The notes under the pieces are model-generated. The model did not search any database. It had not been told where the DNA came from and saw only the letters and a program-made list of their open reading frames with translations. The translations under genes were made by a program, and so were the position numbers. From Alphaproteobacteria bacterium (lineage in GTDB: Bacteria; Pseudomonadota; Alphaproteobacteria; UBA828): a DNA stretch of 64,000 nt. Numbering within the stretch: the stretch's first letter is position 1; the number at the start of each line of letters is the position of its first letter. Location: positions 1,120,001 through 1,184,000 of the forward strand of contig CBDCCI010000002.1 in assembly GCA_965214705.1 (NCBI GenBank), written 5' to 3'. Shown here piece by piece: positions 1 to 8,757 of the stretch.

Positions 1-1
1 C

Positions 2-292
2 CGCCGGGCCATGAAGCGGGCGGTACAGTCCGCGATCAGGCTTGGCGCGCAGGGCATCCGGATCAACTGCGGCGGCAGGCTCGGCGGGGCCGAGATCGCG
101 CGGACCGAGTGGTATCGCGAGGGCCGGGTGCCGCTCCACACGCTCCGGGCCGATGTGGACTTCGGGCTCGCCACGGCGCGCACGGCCTACGGCACCTGCG
201 GTGTCAAGGTCTGGGTGTTCAAGGGCGAGATCATGGCGCACGACCCCATGGCGCAGGACAAGCGCGCCATGGAGCAGGCCACGCCCCGCTAG
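2..292 (+). CDS. rpsC: 30S ribosomal protein S3 (3' part, truncated by window start)
   Basis: [29 protein letters not shown] signature; first gene of the visible S10 operon. Confidence 0.98.
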   Translation, partial: RRAMKRAVQSAIRLGAQGIRINCGGRLGGAEIARTEWYREGRVPLHTLRADVDFGLATARTAYGTCGVKVWVFKGEIMAHDPMAQDKRAMEQATPR

Positions 293-319
293 GGCCGGAC
301 GGGGACCGGGGACCGGATC

Positions 320-742
320 ATGCAGCAGCCGAAATCCACTAAGTACCGCAAGGCCCACAAGGGTCGCATCCACGGCAAGGCCAAGGGCGGCTCGCAGCTC
401 AATTTCGGCGCCTACGGGCTCAAGGCGATCACGCCCGGCCGCATCACGGCACGCGAGATCGAGGCCGGCCGGCGCACCATCACGAGGCACATGAAACGTG
501 CCGGCAAGATCTGGATCCGCATCTTCCCGGACGTGCCGGTCTCGACCAAGCCCGCCGAGGTGCGCATGGGCAAGGGCAAGGGCACGCCGGAATACTGGGT
601 CGCCAAGGTGAAGCCCGGGCGCATCATGTTCGAGGTGGACGGCGTGCCGCGCGCGGTGGCGGAAGAGGCGTTCCGCCGTGCGTCCGCGAAGTTCAGGGTA
701 CAGACCAGGGTCGTGACCCGGCTCGGCGAAGGGGCGTCCTGA
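320..742 (+). CDS. rplP: 50S ribosomal protein L16
   Basis: [21 protein letters not shown] motif; operon order. Confidence 0.98.
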   Translation: MQQPKSTKYRKAHKGRIHGKAKGGSQLNFGAYGLKAITPGRITAREIEAGRRTITRHMKRAGKIWIRIFPDVPVSTKPAEVRMGKGKGTPEYWVAKVKPGRIMFEVDGVPRAVAEEAFRRASAKFRVQTRVVTRLGEGAS

Positions 743-948
743 TGAACGGTGTCGAAGTCCGCCTGAAGACCGACGACGAGCTCAAGACGATGCTGCTCGC
801 GTTGAAGAAGGAGGCGTTCAACCTGCGCTTCCAACGGGCGTCGGGGCAGTTGGAGAACACGGCGCGTATGCGCGCCGTGCGACGCGACGTGGCCCGCATC
901 AAGACGATCGTCGCCGAGCGCAAGCGCGCTGCCGGCGGCGAAGCCTGA
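742..948 (+). CDS. rpmC: 50S ribosomal protein L29
   Basis: [23 protein letters not shown]; TGATG coupling to rplP. Confidence 0.97.
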   Translation: MNGVEVRLKTDDELKTMLLALKKEAFNLRFQRASGQLENTARMRAVRRDVARIKTIVAERKRAAGGEA

Positions 949-979
949 GGATCTGGGAGATGGGTGAAGGAGAGCTGGC

Positions 980-1228
980 ATGCCGCGCCGTGTAATGCGG
1001 GGAACCGTGGTCGGCGACAAGGCGGACAAGACCGTCGTCGTCCGCGTCGACCGCCGCGTCATGCACCCGCTCTACAAGAAGGTCGTGCGCCGCTCCAAGC
1101 GCTACACCGCGCATGACGACGGCAACAGTCACAAGGTCGGCGACATCGTGCAAATTCGCGAGTGCGCCCCCATCTCCAAGCGCAAGCGCTGGATCGTGCT
1201 CGACGAAGCCGGCGCCGAGCAGGGCTGA
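980..1228 (+). CDS. rpsQ: 30S ribosomal protein S17
   Basis: [23 protein letters not shown]. Confidence 0.98.
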   Translation: MPRRVMRGTVVGDKADKTVVVRVDRRVMHPLYKKVVRRSKRYTAHDDGNSHKVGDIVQIRECAPISKRKRWIVLDEAGAEQG

Positions 1229-1261
1229 ACGGCGCGGTAGAGAGCGGAAAGGTCGAGTGAC

Positions 1262-1630
1262 ATGATTCAGATGCAGACGAATCTGGATGTCGCCGACAAT
1301 TCCGGTGCAAGACGCGTGCAATGCGTGAAGGTGCTGGGCGGGTCGAAGCGCAAGACCGCCTCGGTGGGCGATACCATCGTGGTCACGGTCAAGGAGGCGA
1401 TACCGCGCGGCAAGGTGCGCAAGGGCGAGCTGCATCGCGCCGTCATCGTGCGCACCGCCAAGGAAATCAGGCGCCCGGACGGCAGCGCGATCCGCTTCGA
1501 CCGCAATGCGGCCGTGCTCATCACCGCCCAGGGCGAGCCGATCGGGACCCGCATCTTCGGGCCGGTGACCCGCGAGCTCCGTCAGCGCCGGTACATGAAG
1601 ATCATCTCACTCGCGCCCGAAGTGCTGTAG
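1262..1630 (+). CDS. rplN: 50S ribosomal protein L14
   Basis: [27 protein letters not shown]. Confidence 0.99.
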   Translation: MIQMQTNLDVADNSGARRVQCVKVLGGSKRKTASVGDTIVVTVKEAIPRGKVRKGELHRAVIVRTAKEIRRPDGSAIRFDRNAAVLITAQGEPIGTRIFGPVTRELRQRRYMKIISLAPEVL

Positions 1631-1636
1631 GCCGCC

Positions 1637-1960
1637 ATGCGCAAGCGAAAGATACGCAAGGATGACGAGGTCATCGTCCTCACCGGGCGAGACAAGGGCA
1701 AGCGCGGCGCCGTGCTCCGGATCATCACCAAGACCGACCGCGTTCTCGTCGAGGGCGTCAACGTGACCAAGCGCCACGTCAAGCCGACTCAGGGCGATCC
1801 GCAGGGCGGTATTGTCGAGCGCGAGGCGCCGATCCATATATCGAACGTGGCTCTGGTCGATCCCGAGAGCGATCGGCCGACCCGGGTGCGCTACAAGAAT
1901 CTCGAGGACGGGCGCAAGGTGCGCGTCGCCGCCCGCTCGGGGGAAGTGATCGATGTCTGA
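1637..1960 (+). CDS. rplX: 50S ribosomal protein L24
   Basis: KOW motif GRDKGKRG; EAPIHISNV. Confidence 0.98.
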   Translation: MRKRKIRKDDEVIVLTGRDKGKRGAVLRIITKTDRVLVEGVNVTKRHVKPTQGDPQGGIVEREAPIHISNVALVDPESDRPTRVRYKNLEDGRKVRVAARSGEVIDV

Positions 1961-2549
1961 AGCGAACGGCCAGAACGGCGGCCAGGCCAACGGCGAGGCG
2001 AAGGGCCCGAGCCGGCTGAAATTGCTCTACGAGAGCGAGATCAGGCCCGGTCTGATGCAGCAGTTCGGCTACTCCAACATCATGCAGGCGCCGAAGCTGG
2101 ACAAGATCGTGATCAACATGGGCGTCGGCGAAGGGGCCACGGACAACAAGAAGATCGATGCCGCGGTTCAGGACATGACGCTGATCGCGGGCCAGAAGCC
2201 GATCGTCACCAGGGCGCGCAAATCGGTCGCCGCGTTCAAGGTGCGCACCGGCATGCAGGTCGGCTGCAAGACCACGCTCCGGCGGGAGCGGATGTACGAG
2301 TTCCTCGACCGGCTGGTGACGATCGCGCTGCCTAGGGTGCGCGATTTTCGCGGGCTTTCGGCCCGCGCCTTCGACGGCCGTGGCAACTACGCGTTAGGCC
2401 TCAAGGAGCAGATCATCTTTCCCGAAATCGATTACGACAAGGTCGATCAGGTGCGTGGGTTGAATGTCGTCATTTGCACGACGGCGAGGACCGATGACGA
2501 GGGCCGGGCGCTGCTCGCCGGCTTTCAGATGCCGTTCGTCGGCCAGTAA
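1953..2549 (+). CDS. rplE: 50S ribosomal protein L5
   Basis: [27 protein letters not shown]; short N/G-rich N-terminal extension. Confidence 0.98.
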   Translation: MSEANGQNGGQANGEAKGPSRLKLLYESEIRPGLMQQFGYSNIMQAPKLDKIVINMGVGEGATDNKKIDAAVQDMTLIAGQKPIVTRARKSVAAFKVRTGMQVGCKTTLRRERMYEFLDRLVTIALPRVRDFRGLSARAFDGRGNYALGLKEQIIFPEIDYDKVDQVRGLNVVICTTARTDDEGRALLAGFQMPFVGQ

Positions 2550-2571
2550 GGGCAAAGGGCCAGGCTGAAAG

Positions 2572-2877
2572 ATGGCGAAGAAGAGCACGATCGAGAAGAA
2601 CAAGCGGCGCCAGCGGATGGCGAAGCGGGATGCGGCCAAGCGGGCGGACCTGCGCGCCATCGTGCGCGACCGTTCGCTGCCGGCGGAGGAGCGCTTCGCG
2701 GCGCAGCTCAAGCTCGCGAAACTGCCACGCAATGGTGCGCAGGTGCGGGTGCGGAACCGCTGCGGGCTGACTGGCCGGCCGCGCGGCAACTACCGCAAGT
2801 TCGGGCTCTCGCGCATCGCGCTCCGGGAGCTCGCCTCGGCGGGCCAGGTGCCCGGCATGGTCAAATCGAGCTGGTGA
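2572..2877 (+). CDS. rpsN: 30S ribosomal protein S14 (long, zinc-independent form)
   Basis: [27 protein letters not shown]. Confidence 0.98.
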   Translation: MAKKSTIEKNKRRQRMAKRDAAKRADLRAIVRDRSLPAEERFAAQLKLAKLPRNGAQVRVRNRCGLTGRPRGNYRKFGLSRIALRELASAGQVPGMVKSSW

Positions 2878-2887
2878 GGCGCAGGCC

Positions 2888-3283
2888 ATGATGACCGACC
2901 CCCTGGCGGACATGCTGACCCGTATTCGGAACGGGCAGCAGGCACGCAAGTCCGCCGTTCTGTCGCCGGCGTCCAAGCTGCGCGCTGGCGTGCTCGACGT
3001 GCTTCAGCGGGAAGGCTACATCCGCGGCTATTCGGCGACGGAGTCGGACACCGGCAAGCCGGCATTCTCGATCGAGCTCAAGTACCAGGAAGGCCGGCCG
3101 GTGATCGCCGAACTCCATCGGGTGTCGAAGCCCGGACGGCGGGTCTATTCAGGCATCAAGGACCTGCCGCGATACTACGGCGGCCTCGGAATCTCCATTC
3201 TGTCGACGCCGCGCGGCGTGCTCTCGGACAACGAGGCGCGCCAACAGAACGTCGGCGGCGAAGTGCTCTGCCGGGTGTTCTGA
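2888..3283 (+). CDS. rpsH: 30S ribosomal protein S8
   Basis: [13 protein letters not shown]; SKPGRRVY; GGEVLC. Confidence 0.98.
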   Translation: MMTDPLADMLTRIRNGQQARKSAVLSPASKLRAGVLDVLQREGYIRGYSATESDTGKPAFSIELKYQEGRPVIAELHRVSKPGRRVYSGIKDLPRYYGGLGISILSTPRGVLSDNEARQQNVGGEVLCRVF

Positions 3284-3284
3284 G

Positions 3285-3818
3285 ATGTCCCGCGTCGGCA
3301 AGAACCCGGTTCCCGTACCCGACGGCGTCGAGGTGACGATCGACGGCACTGCGGTCGCGGTGAGCGGCAAGCTGGGCCGCCTCGAGGCCACCATCGCGTC
3401 CGAGGTGAGCGCCGTGCTCGACAACGGCCAGGTCTCGGTCACGCCGCGCGGGGACGACAAGCGCTCGCGCCAGCTGTGGGGGCTCACCCGGAGCATCATC
3501 AACAACATGGTCGTGGGTGTGAGCCAGGGCTTCCACAAGGACCTGCAGATTGAGGGCGTTGGCTACCGGGCCGCGGTCGAAGGCCGCACTCTGACGCTCG
3601 ATCTCGGCTACAGCCACCGGATCCGCTACCCCATTCCAGACGGCATCGAGATCGCGTGCGAGCGGCCGACGGCGATCAGGGTCGCCGGCTATGACCGCCA
3701 GGCGGTCGGCCAGGTCGCCGCCGAGATACGTGCCTTCCGCAAGCCCGAGCCATACAAGGGCAAGGGCATCCGATACGTCGGCGAATACGTCCGGCGCAAG
3801 GAGGGCAAGAAGAAGTAG
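3285..3818 (+). CDS. rplF: 50S ribosomal protein L6
   Basis: [25 protein letters not shown]. Confidence 0.98.
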   Translation: MSRVGKNPVPVPDGVEVTIDGTAVAVSGKLGRLEATIASEVSAVLDNGQVSVTPRGDDKRSRQLWGLTRSIINNMVVGVSQGFHKDLQIEGVGYRAAVEGRTLTLDLGYSHRIRYPIPDGIEIACERPTAIRVAGYDRQAVGQVAAEIRAFRKPEPYKGKGIRYVGEYVRRKEGKKK

Positions 3819-3820
3819 CC

Positions 3821-4171
3821 ATGAGCAGGACCGACTTCGATAAGCGCAAGCAACGGGTGCGGTTCAGGCTGCAGGCAGCCGCCGGCGGCAGGCCGCGACT
3901 CTCGGTCTTCCGCTCCAACCGCCACATTTACGCCCAACTCATCGACGATGGAGAGGGCAGGACCGTGGCTGCCGCATCGACGATGGAAGGTGCGCTGCGC
4001 AGCCAGAATGGGGCGGACCGCGAGGCCGCGGGCCGTGTCGGCGCGCTCATCGCCGAGCGTGCGCTGGCGGCCGGGCACAAGGAGGTCGTGTTCGACCGCG
4101 GCGGATACCAGTATCACGGGCGCGTCAAGGCGCTCGCCGAGGCAGCCCGCGAAGGCGGCCTCTCTTTCTAG
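3821..4171 (+). CDS. rplR: 50S ribosomal protein L18
   Basis: [14 protein letters not shown]; [16 protein letters not shown]. Confidence 0.98.
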   Translation: MSRTDFDKRKQRVRFRLQAAAGGRPRLSVFRSNRHIYAQLIDDGEGRTVAAASTMEGALRSQNGADREAAGRVGALIAERALAAGHKEVVFDRGGYQYHGRVKALAEAAREGGLSF

Positions 4172-4186
4172 GGGGAAGGGCCCGGT

Positions 4187-4771
4187 ATGGCACGACCAGG
4201 CATGGAGCGGGATCGAGATCGGGATCGCGGCGGTCGCGGACGTGACCGCGAAGAGCCCGAGCTTCTAGACAAGCTGGTCAGCATCAACCGTGTCGCGAAG
4301 GTGGTGAAGGGCGGCCGGCGCTTCGGCTTCTCGGCGCTCGTCGTGGTCGGCGACCAGCGCGGGCGCGTGGGCGGTGGCTCGGGCAAGGCGCGGGAGGTAC
4401 CGGAGGCCATCCGCAAGGCCACCGAGCAGGCCCGGCGCCGCATGGTCCGCGTGCCGCTTCGCGAGGGACGCACGCTGCATCACGACGTCCAGGGCCGCTT
4501 CGGCGCGGGCAAGGTGATTATCCGCGCGGCGCCGCCCGGCACCGGCATCATCGCCGGTGGGCCGATGCGCGCCGTGTTCGAGATGCTGGGCGTGAAGGAC
4601 GTGGTTGCCAAGTCGGTGGGCACGTCGAACCCGCAGAACATGGTCAAGGCGACTTTCGACGCGCTCGGGCGCTGCCACTCGCCGCGCGCCGTCGCCGCCA
4701 AGCGCAACCGCACGGTGGGCCAGATCTTCGGCCAGAGCGACTCCGCCAAGGAGCAGAAGGAGCAGGCGTAG
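4187..4771 (+). CDS. rpsE: 30S ribosomal protein S5
   Basis: [24 protein letters not shown]; GTGIIAGG. Confidence 0.98.
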   Translation: MARPGMERDRDRDRGGRGRDREEPELLDKLVSINRVAKVVKGGRRFGFSALVVVGDQRGRVGGGSGKAREVPEAIRKATEQARRRMVRVPLREGRTLHHDVQGRFGAGKVIIRAAPPGTGIIAGGPMRAVFEMLGVKDVVAKSVGTSNPQNMVKATFDALGRCHSPRAVAAKRNRTVGQIFGQSDSAKEQKEQA

Positions 4772-4774
4772 GCC

Positions 4775-4999
4775 ATGGCACGGAGCAAGAAGGCCGCGGC
4801 GGCGCCCAAGGTGCGGGTGACCCAGATCGGCAGCCCCATCGGCCGGCCGGCGAACCAGCGTGCGACCCTGGTGGGCCTCGGCCTGAACAAGATGCACCGG
4901 AGCCGTGTGCTGGAAGACACGCCCTCGGTGCGTGGCATGATCGACAAGATTCCGCACCTCGTGCGGGCCGAGCCCGTGGACGCGGCGGAGGCTGAGTGA
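4775..4999 (+). CDS. rpmD: 50S ribosomal protein L30
   Basis: [24 protein letters not shown]. Confidence 0.97.
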   Translation: MARSKKAAAAPKVRVTQIGSPIGRPANQRATLVGLGLNKMHRSRVLEDTPSVRGMIDKIPHLVRAEPVDAAEAE

Positions 5000-5502
5000 T
5001 GAGGCTGAACGAACTCGCTGACCGCGCCGGTGCGTCCAAGAAGGGGCGCAGGCTCGGGCGCGGCATCGGCTCAGGCCGCGGCAAGACCTCGGGACGCGGC
5101 CACAAGGGCCAGAAGTCGCGGGCCGGCGTCGCCCTCAAGGGTTTCGAGGGCGGCCAGATGCCGCTCTACCGACGTCTGCCCAAGCGGGGCTTCACCAACG
5201 CCCGCTTCCGCAAGACCTTCGAGACCGTCAACATCGGACGCCTGCAGGAGGCGATCGAGAGCGGGCGGATCGACGCTGGCGCTCCCATGACGGAGGCTGC
5301 GCTGACCGCAGCCGGGCTCACGCGCGGGCGGCACGGCGTGCGGCTGCTCGCCAAGGGCCGGATCGAGAGCGCCGTCACCGTAGAGGTCACCGGCGCGTCG
5401 AAGGCGGCCATCGCCGCGGTCGAGGCGGCCGGCGGCTCGGTGACCCTGAGCGGGGCGGTTGAGGCCGAGAAAGCGGCCGAGGAAACGGCAGAGGACGCCT
5501 AA
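4999..5502 (+). CDS. rplO: 50S ribosomal protein L15
   Basis: [22 protein letters not shown]; FEGGQMPL; ATG 4999 overlaps rpmD stop (TGATG). Confidence 0.98.
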   Translation: MRLNELADRAGASKKGRRLGRGIGSGRGKTSGRGHKGQKSRAGVALKGFEGGQMPLYRRLPKRGFTNARFRKTFETVNIGRLQEAIESGRIDAGAPMTEAALTAAGLTRGRHGVRLLAKGRIESAVTVEVTGASKAAIAAVEAAGGSVTLSGAVEAEKAAEETAEDA

Positions 5503-5507
5503 CGAAC

Positions 5508-6851
5508 GTGGCTTCGGCGGCCGAACAACTCGCTGCGAACCTCAACTTCGGGGCCTTCGCCAAGGCGAAAGAGCTTCAGAAGCGCCTGCTGTTCACGCTC
5601 GGCGCCCTGATCATCTACAGGCTGGGCACCTACATACCGATTCCGGGCATCGACCCGGTGGTGCTCGACGAGGTGTTCCAGCAGCAGGCCGGCGGCATCC
5701 TCGGCATGTTCAACATGTTCGCCGGCGGCGCGCTCGGGCGCATGACCATCTTCGCGCTCAACATCATGCCGTACATCTCGGCCGCCATCATCATCCAGCT
5801 GATGACGACGGTCTCGCCGCATCTCGCCCAGCTCAAGAAGGAAGGCGAGGCCGGGCGCAAGAAGATCAACCAATACACCCGCTACGGCACCGTCTTCCTT
5901 GCCGCGCTGCAGGCCTTCGGCATCTCGTCGGGCCTCGAGGGCTACAGCGGACAGAGCGGCGATCTGGTGCTGGATCCAGGCGGATTCTTCCGTCTGACCA
6001 CGGTGGTGACGCTGACCGGCGGCACCATCTTCCTGATGTGGCTGGGTGAGCAGATCACCGCGAGAGGGGTCGGCAACGGCATATCGCTGATCATCTTCGC
6101 CGGCATTGTGGCGGAGCTGCCGGGCGCGCTCGCGAGCACGCTGGAGCTCGGCCGAACCGGTGCGCTCTCTGCGGTCGTGCTCATCGCGCTCTTCATCATG
6201 GCGATCGCCGTCATCGGCTTCATCGTCTTCATCGAGCGGGCGCAGCGCCGCATCGTGGTTCAGTATCCCAAACGACAAGTGGGCCGCCGCATGTTCGGCG
6301 GCGAGCAAACCCATTTGCCGTTGAAGGTCAACACCGCCGGCGTGATCCCGCCGATCTTCGCAAGCTCGATCCTGCTGCTGCCGATCACCGCGCTCAGCAT
6401 CAACGCTGGCTCGGGGCCGGAGTGGTTGACGGCGCTGACCAGCTATCTCGGGCGCGGCCAGCCGATCTACATGATCATCTACGCGGCGGCGATCATCTTC
6501 TTCACGTACTTCTACACCTCGGTCGTCTTCAATCCCGAGGACACGGCCGACAATTTGAAGAAGAACGGCGGTTTCATACCCGGAGTCCGTCCAGGCAAGA
6601 ACACCGCGGAATATCTCGACTACGTGCTGACCCGGCTGACCTTCTGGGGCGCGCTCTATCTTGCGTCAGTGAGCCTCCTGCCCGAGCTCCTGATCTCCCA
6701 GTACGCGGTGCCGTTCTACTTCGGCGGGACGAGTCTGCTCATCGTGGTCACCGTCACCATGGATACGGTGGGGCAGATCCAGTCCCACCTCCTCGCCCAT
6801 CAGTACGAAGGGCTGATCAAGAAAGCGAAGCTCCGAGGGAGCCGGCGTTGA
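5508..6851 (+). CDS. secY: preprotein translocase subunit SecY
   Basis: [47 protein letters not shown]; GTG start. Confidence 0.99.
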   Translation: MASAAEQLAANLNFGAFAKAKELQKRLLFTLGALIIYRLGTYIPIPGIDPVVLDEVFQQQAGGILGMFNMFAGGALGRMTIFALNIMPYISAAIIIQLMTTVSPHLAQLKKEGEAGRKKINQYTRYGTVFLAALQAFGISSGLEGYSGQSGDLVLDPGGFFRLTTVVTLTGGTIFLMWLGEQITARGVGNGISLIIFAGIVAELPGALASTLELGRTGALSAVVLIALFIMAIAVIGFIVFIERAQRRIVVQYPKRQVGRRMFGGEQTHLPLKVNTAGVIPPIFASSILLLPITALSINAGSGPEWLTALTSYLGRGQPIYMIIYAAAIIFFTYFYTSVVFNPEDTADNLKKNGGFIPGVRPGKNTAEYLDYVLTRLTFWGALYLASVSLLPELLISQYAVPFYFGGTSLLIVVTVTMDTVGQIQSHLLAHQYEGLIKKAKLRGSRR

Positions 6852-7495
6852 ACCTGATCCTTCTCGGCCCACCGGGGGCGGGCAAGGGCACGCAGGCGCA
6901 GCGGCTGGTCGAGCGCTTCGGCATTGTCCAGCTTTCCACGGGCGACATGCTGCGCGCGGCGGTGAAAGCCGGCACGGCGCTCGGCACCCAGGCCAAGGCG
7001 ATCATGGAGGCCGGCGAGCTGGTGCCGGACGCCCTCATGGTCGCCCTGATCGCGGAGCGAATCGATGAGCCGGACTGCGACAACGGCTTCATCCTCGACG
7101 GGTTCCCGCGCACGGTGGCGCAGGCCGACGCGCTGGATCGCATGCTGGCCGACCGCGGGCTCGCGCTCGACAGGGTGGTGGCCATCGAGGTCGATGAGGA
7201 GGCGCTGATCGAACGTATCGTCGGCCGCTTCTCCTGCGCCGACTGCGGCGCCGGCTACCACGACCAGTTCAAACGGCCGAGGCAGGAGGGCGTCTGCGAC
7301 CAGTGCGGCAGCAGAAATTTCACGCGCCGGGCGGACGACAACCGTGAGACCATGATCGCGCGCCTCGCCGCGTACCACGAGCAGACGGCGCCGATCATCC
7401 CGCACTACGAGGCCGGCGGGCGCTTTGTCCGGGTCGATGGCTCCGGCGGTATAGACACCATCACGGCGGCCATCGTCGCCGCTCTTCAGGACTGA
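6848..7495 (+). CDS. adk: adenylate kinase with Cys4 (metal-binding) LID
   Basis: P-loop [28 protein letters not shown]; TTG start at 6848 overlapping secY TGA; CADC..CDQC in LID. Confidence 0.97.
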   Translation: MNLILLGPPGAGKGTQAQRLVERFGIVQLSTGDMLRAAVKAGTALGTQAKAIMEAGELVPDALMVALIAERIDEPDCDNGFILDGFPRTVAQADALDRMLADRGLALDRVVAIEVDEEALIERIVGRFSCADCGAGYHDQFKRPRQEGVCDQCGSRNFTRRADDNRETMIARLAAYHEQTAPIIPHYEAGGRFVRVDGSGGIDTITAAIVAALQD

Positions 7496-7529
7496 AGCGC
7501 AGCGCGGGCTTCTGCCCGCGCCTGGCGCT
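7496..7529 (+). terminator. GC-rich hairpin after adk (terminator or processing/stabilising site)
   Basis: GCGCGGGC-TTCT-GCCCGCGC perfect stem (7502-7521) flanked by AGCGC/GCGCT; no U-tract. Confidence 0.4.
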
Positions 7530-7538
7530 GCCGTTGCC

Positions 7539-8225
7539 ATGCCCCGCAAGAGACTGACGCATTTGAAAGCGCGGCGCGCGATCATCGACGCCGCCCTCAG
7601 GACCGACAGAATCGGCCTCAATCACGGGACCGCGGGCAACATCGGATTCCGGGTGGGCGAGAGGTTCCTGGTTACGCCCTCCGGCCTCTATTACGACACG
7701 ATGACGCCCGCCGACATCGTCGAGATGGATTTCGGCGGCCGCCAGTGGGGTGCGCGAATCCCCACCAGCGAATGGCGCTTCCACCGCGATATCTTCGCCT
7801 CGCGGCCGGATGTGAACGCGATCCTCCACAGTCATTCGGTTCATTGCACCGCGCTCGCCGTGCACGGGATGGAGATTCCGGCTGTTCACTACATGGTCGG
7901 AACCGCGGGAGGCACAAGCATCCGCTGCGCGCCCTACCGCACGCCCACGACCCAGGCGCTCTCCGACGTCGCCGTCGAGGCGCTCAAGGATCGGCGCGCC
8001 TGCCTGCTGCAGAATCACGGCGCCATCGTCCTGGGTGAGACGCCGGATGACTGCGTCAACCTGCTCATCGAGGTCGAGTATCTGGCGGAGCTCTATTGCC
8101 GCGCGATGGCCATCGGCGCTGCCACTGGCAATGACCCGAAGATCATCTCACAGCGCAAGATGGGCGAGGTGCTGGAGATGTTGAAGACCTACGGCCAGCA
8201 GCCGGACCCCGACAGCACGGGGTAG
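7539..8225 (+). CDS. class II aldolase/adducin family protein (FucA/Ald2-like)
   Basis: GTAGN, VTPSG, SEWRFH, HSHS and LQNHG metal-binding motifs. Confidence 0.9.
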   Translation: MPRKRLTHLKARRAIIDAALRTDRIGLNHGTAGNIGFRVGERFLVTPSGLYYDTMTPADIVEMDFGGRQWGARIPTSEWRFHRDIFASRPDVNAILHSHSVHCTALAVHGMEIPAVHYMVGTAGGTSIRCAPYRTPTTQALSDVAVEALKDRRACLLQNHGAIVLGETPDDCVNLLIEVEYLAELYCRAMAIGAATGNDPKIISQRKMGEVLEMLKTYGQQPDPDSTG

Positions 8226-8307
8226 GGAAAGCGCCGGTTCACCCCGCCGGCGCGCATCAGCCACCACCGATTAGACTGTTTGCCCGCCGTATCGCCAAGA
8301 GGAACCC

Positions 8308-8745
8308 ATGGACCAGGAAACCGGCGCGCACGGGATTCCGCTCACCGCGCTCCGGCAGGACTACGCCTTCAAGGCGGTCGATGACTACAACGTGCGCATG
8401 TACATCCTGCCGCACCTGGTGGACCCCGAGAGCCGCGCCAGGATCATCGCCGAGCACAAGGCCGACCCGCTCTACAGCCCGACCCGGCCGGGGGAGCCCG
8501 CGCCAATCTACAGCCAGGTCCTGGTCCGCCTGATCGACAAGCTCCGCGTGGTGCCGACCGCGGGCAAGCACATCATCGTCGAGACCGAGCCCGGCAGCGA
8601 GTACACCATCGCCCTGCTGCCGGCGGCGCGCGGCGAGACCGTCGTGCTGACCGAGGAGACCTACGCGACCAGGGGCGAGGCCGACCACGCGATCTTCCTC
8701 AAGCGGCTCGAGGCGCTCCTCGCTTCCTACGGCATCGAGATGTAG
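8308..8745 (+). CDS. N,N-dimethylformamidase small (alpha) subunit-like protein
   Basis: EHKADP, RVVPTAGKH and C-terminal EADHAIFLKRLE resemble DMFase small subunit as recalled; directly upstream of large subunit; AGAGGA RBS. Confidence 0.75.
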   Translation: MDQETGAHGIPLTALRQDYAFKAVDDYNVRMYILPHLVDPESRARIIAEHKADPLYSPTRPGEPAPIYSQVLVRLIDKLRVVPTAGKHIIVETEPGSEYTIALLPAARGETVVLTEETYATRGEADHAIFLKRLEALLASYGIEM

Positions 8746-8757
8746 GGGCGCGATCCG

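Noticed and set aside
2572-2877. Zinc-free S14 as a zinc-starvation paralog
   Set aside because: The long form lacking the Cys4 motif is the normal operonic S14 in Proteobacteria
4187-4260. RDRDRDR low-complexity repeat at the S5 N-terminus
   Set aside because: Arg/Asp-rich S5 N-termini are ordinary in Alphaproteobacteria
6422-6847. N-terminal extensions in the ORF track (adk, and likewise gpt, proC, livM, coxE, GcvT-family)
   Set aside because: They overlap neighbouring real genes; coupled or RBS-supported downstream starts fit family lengths
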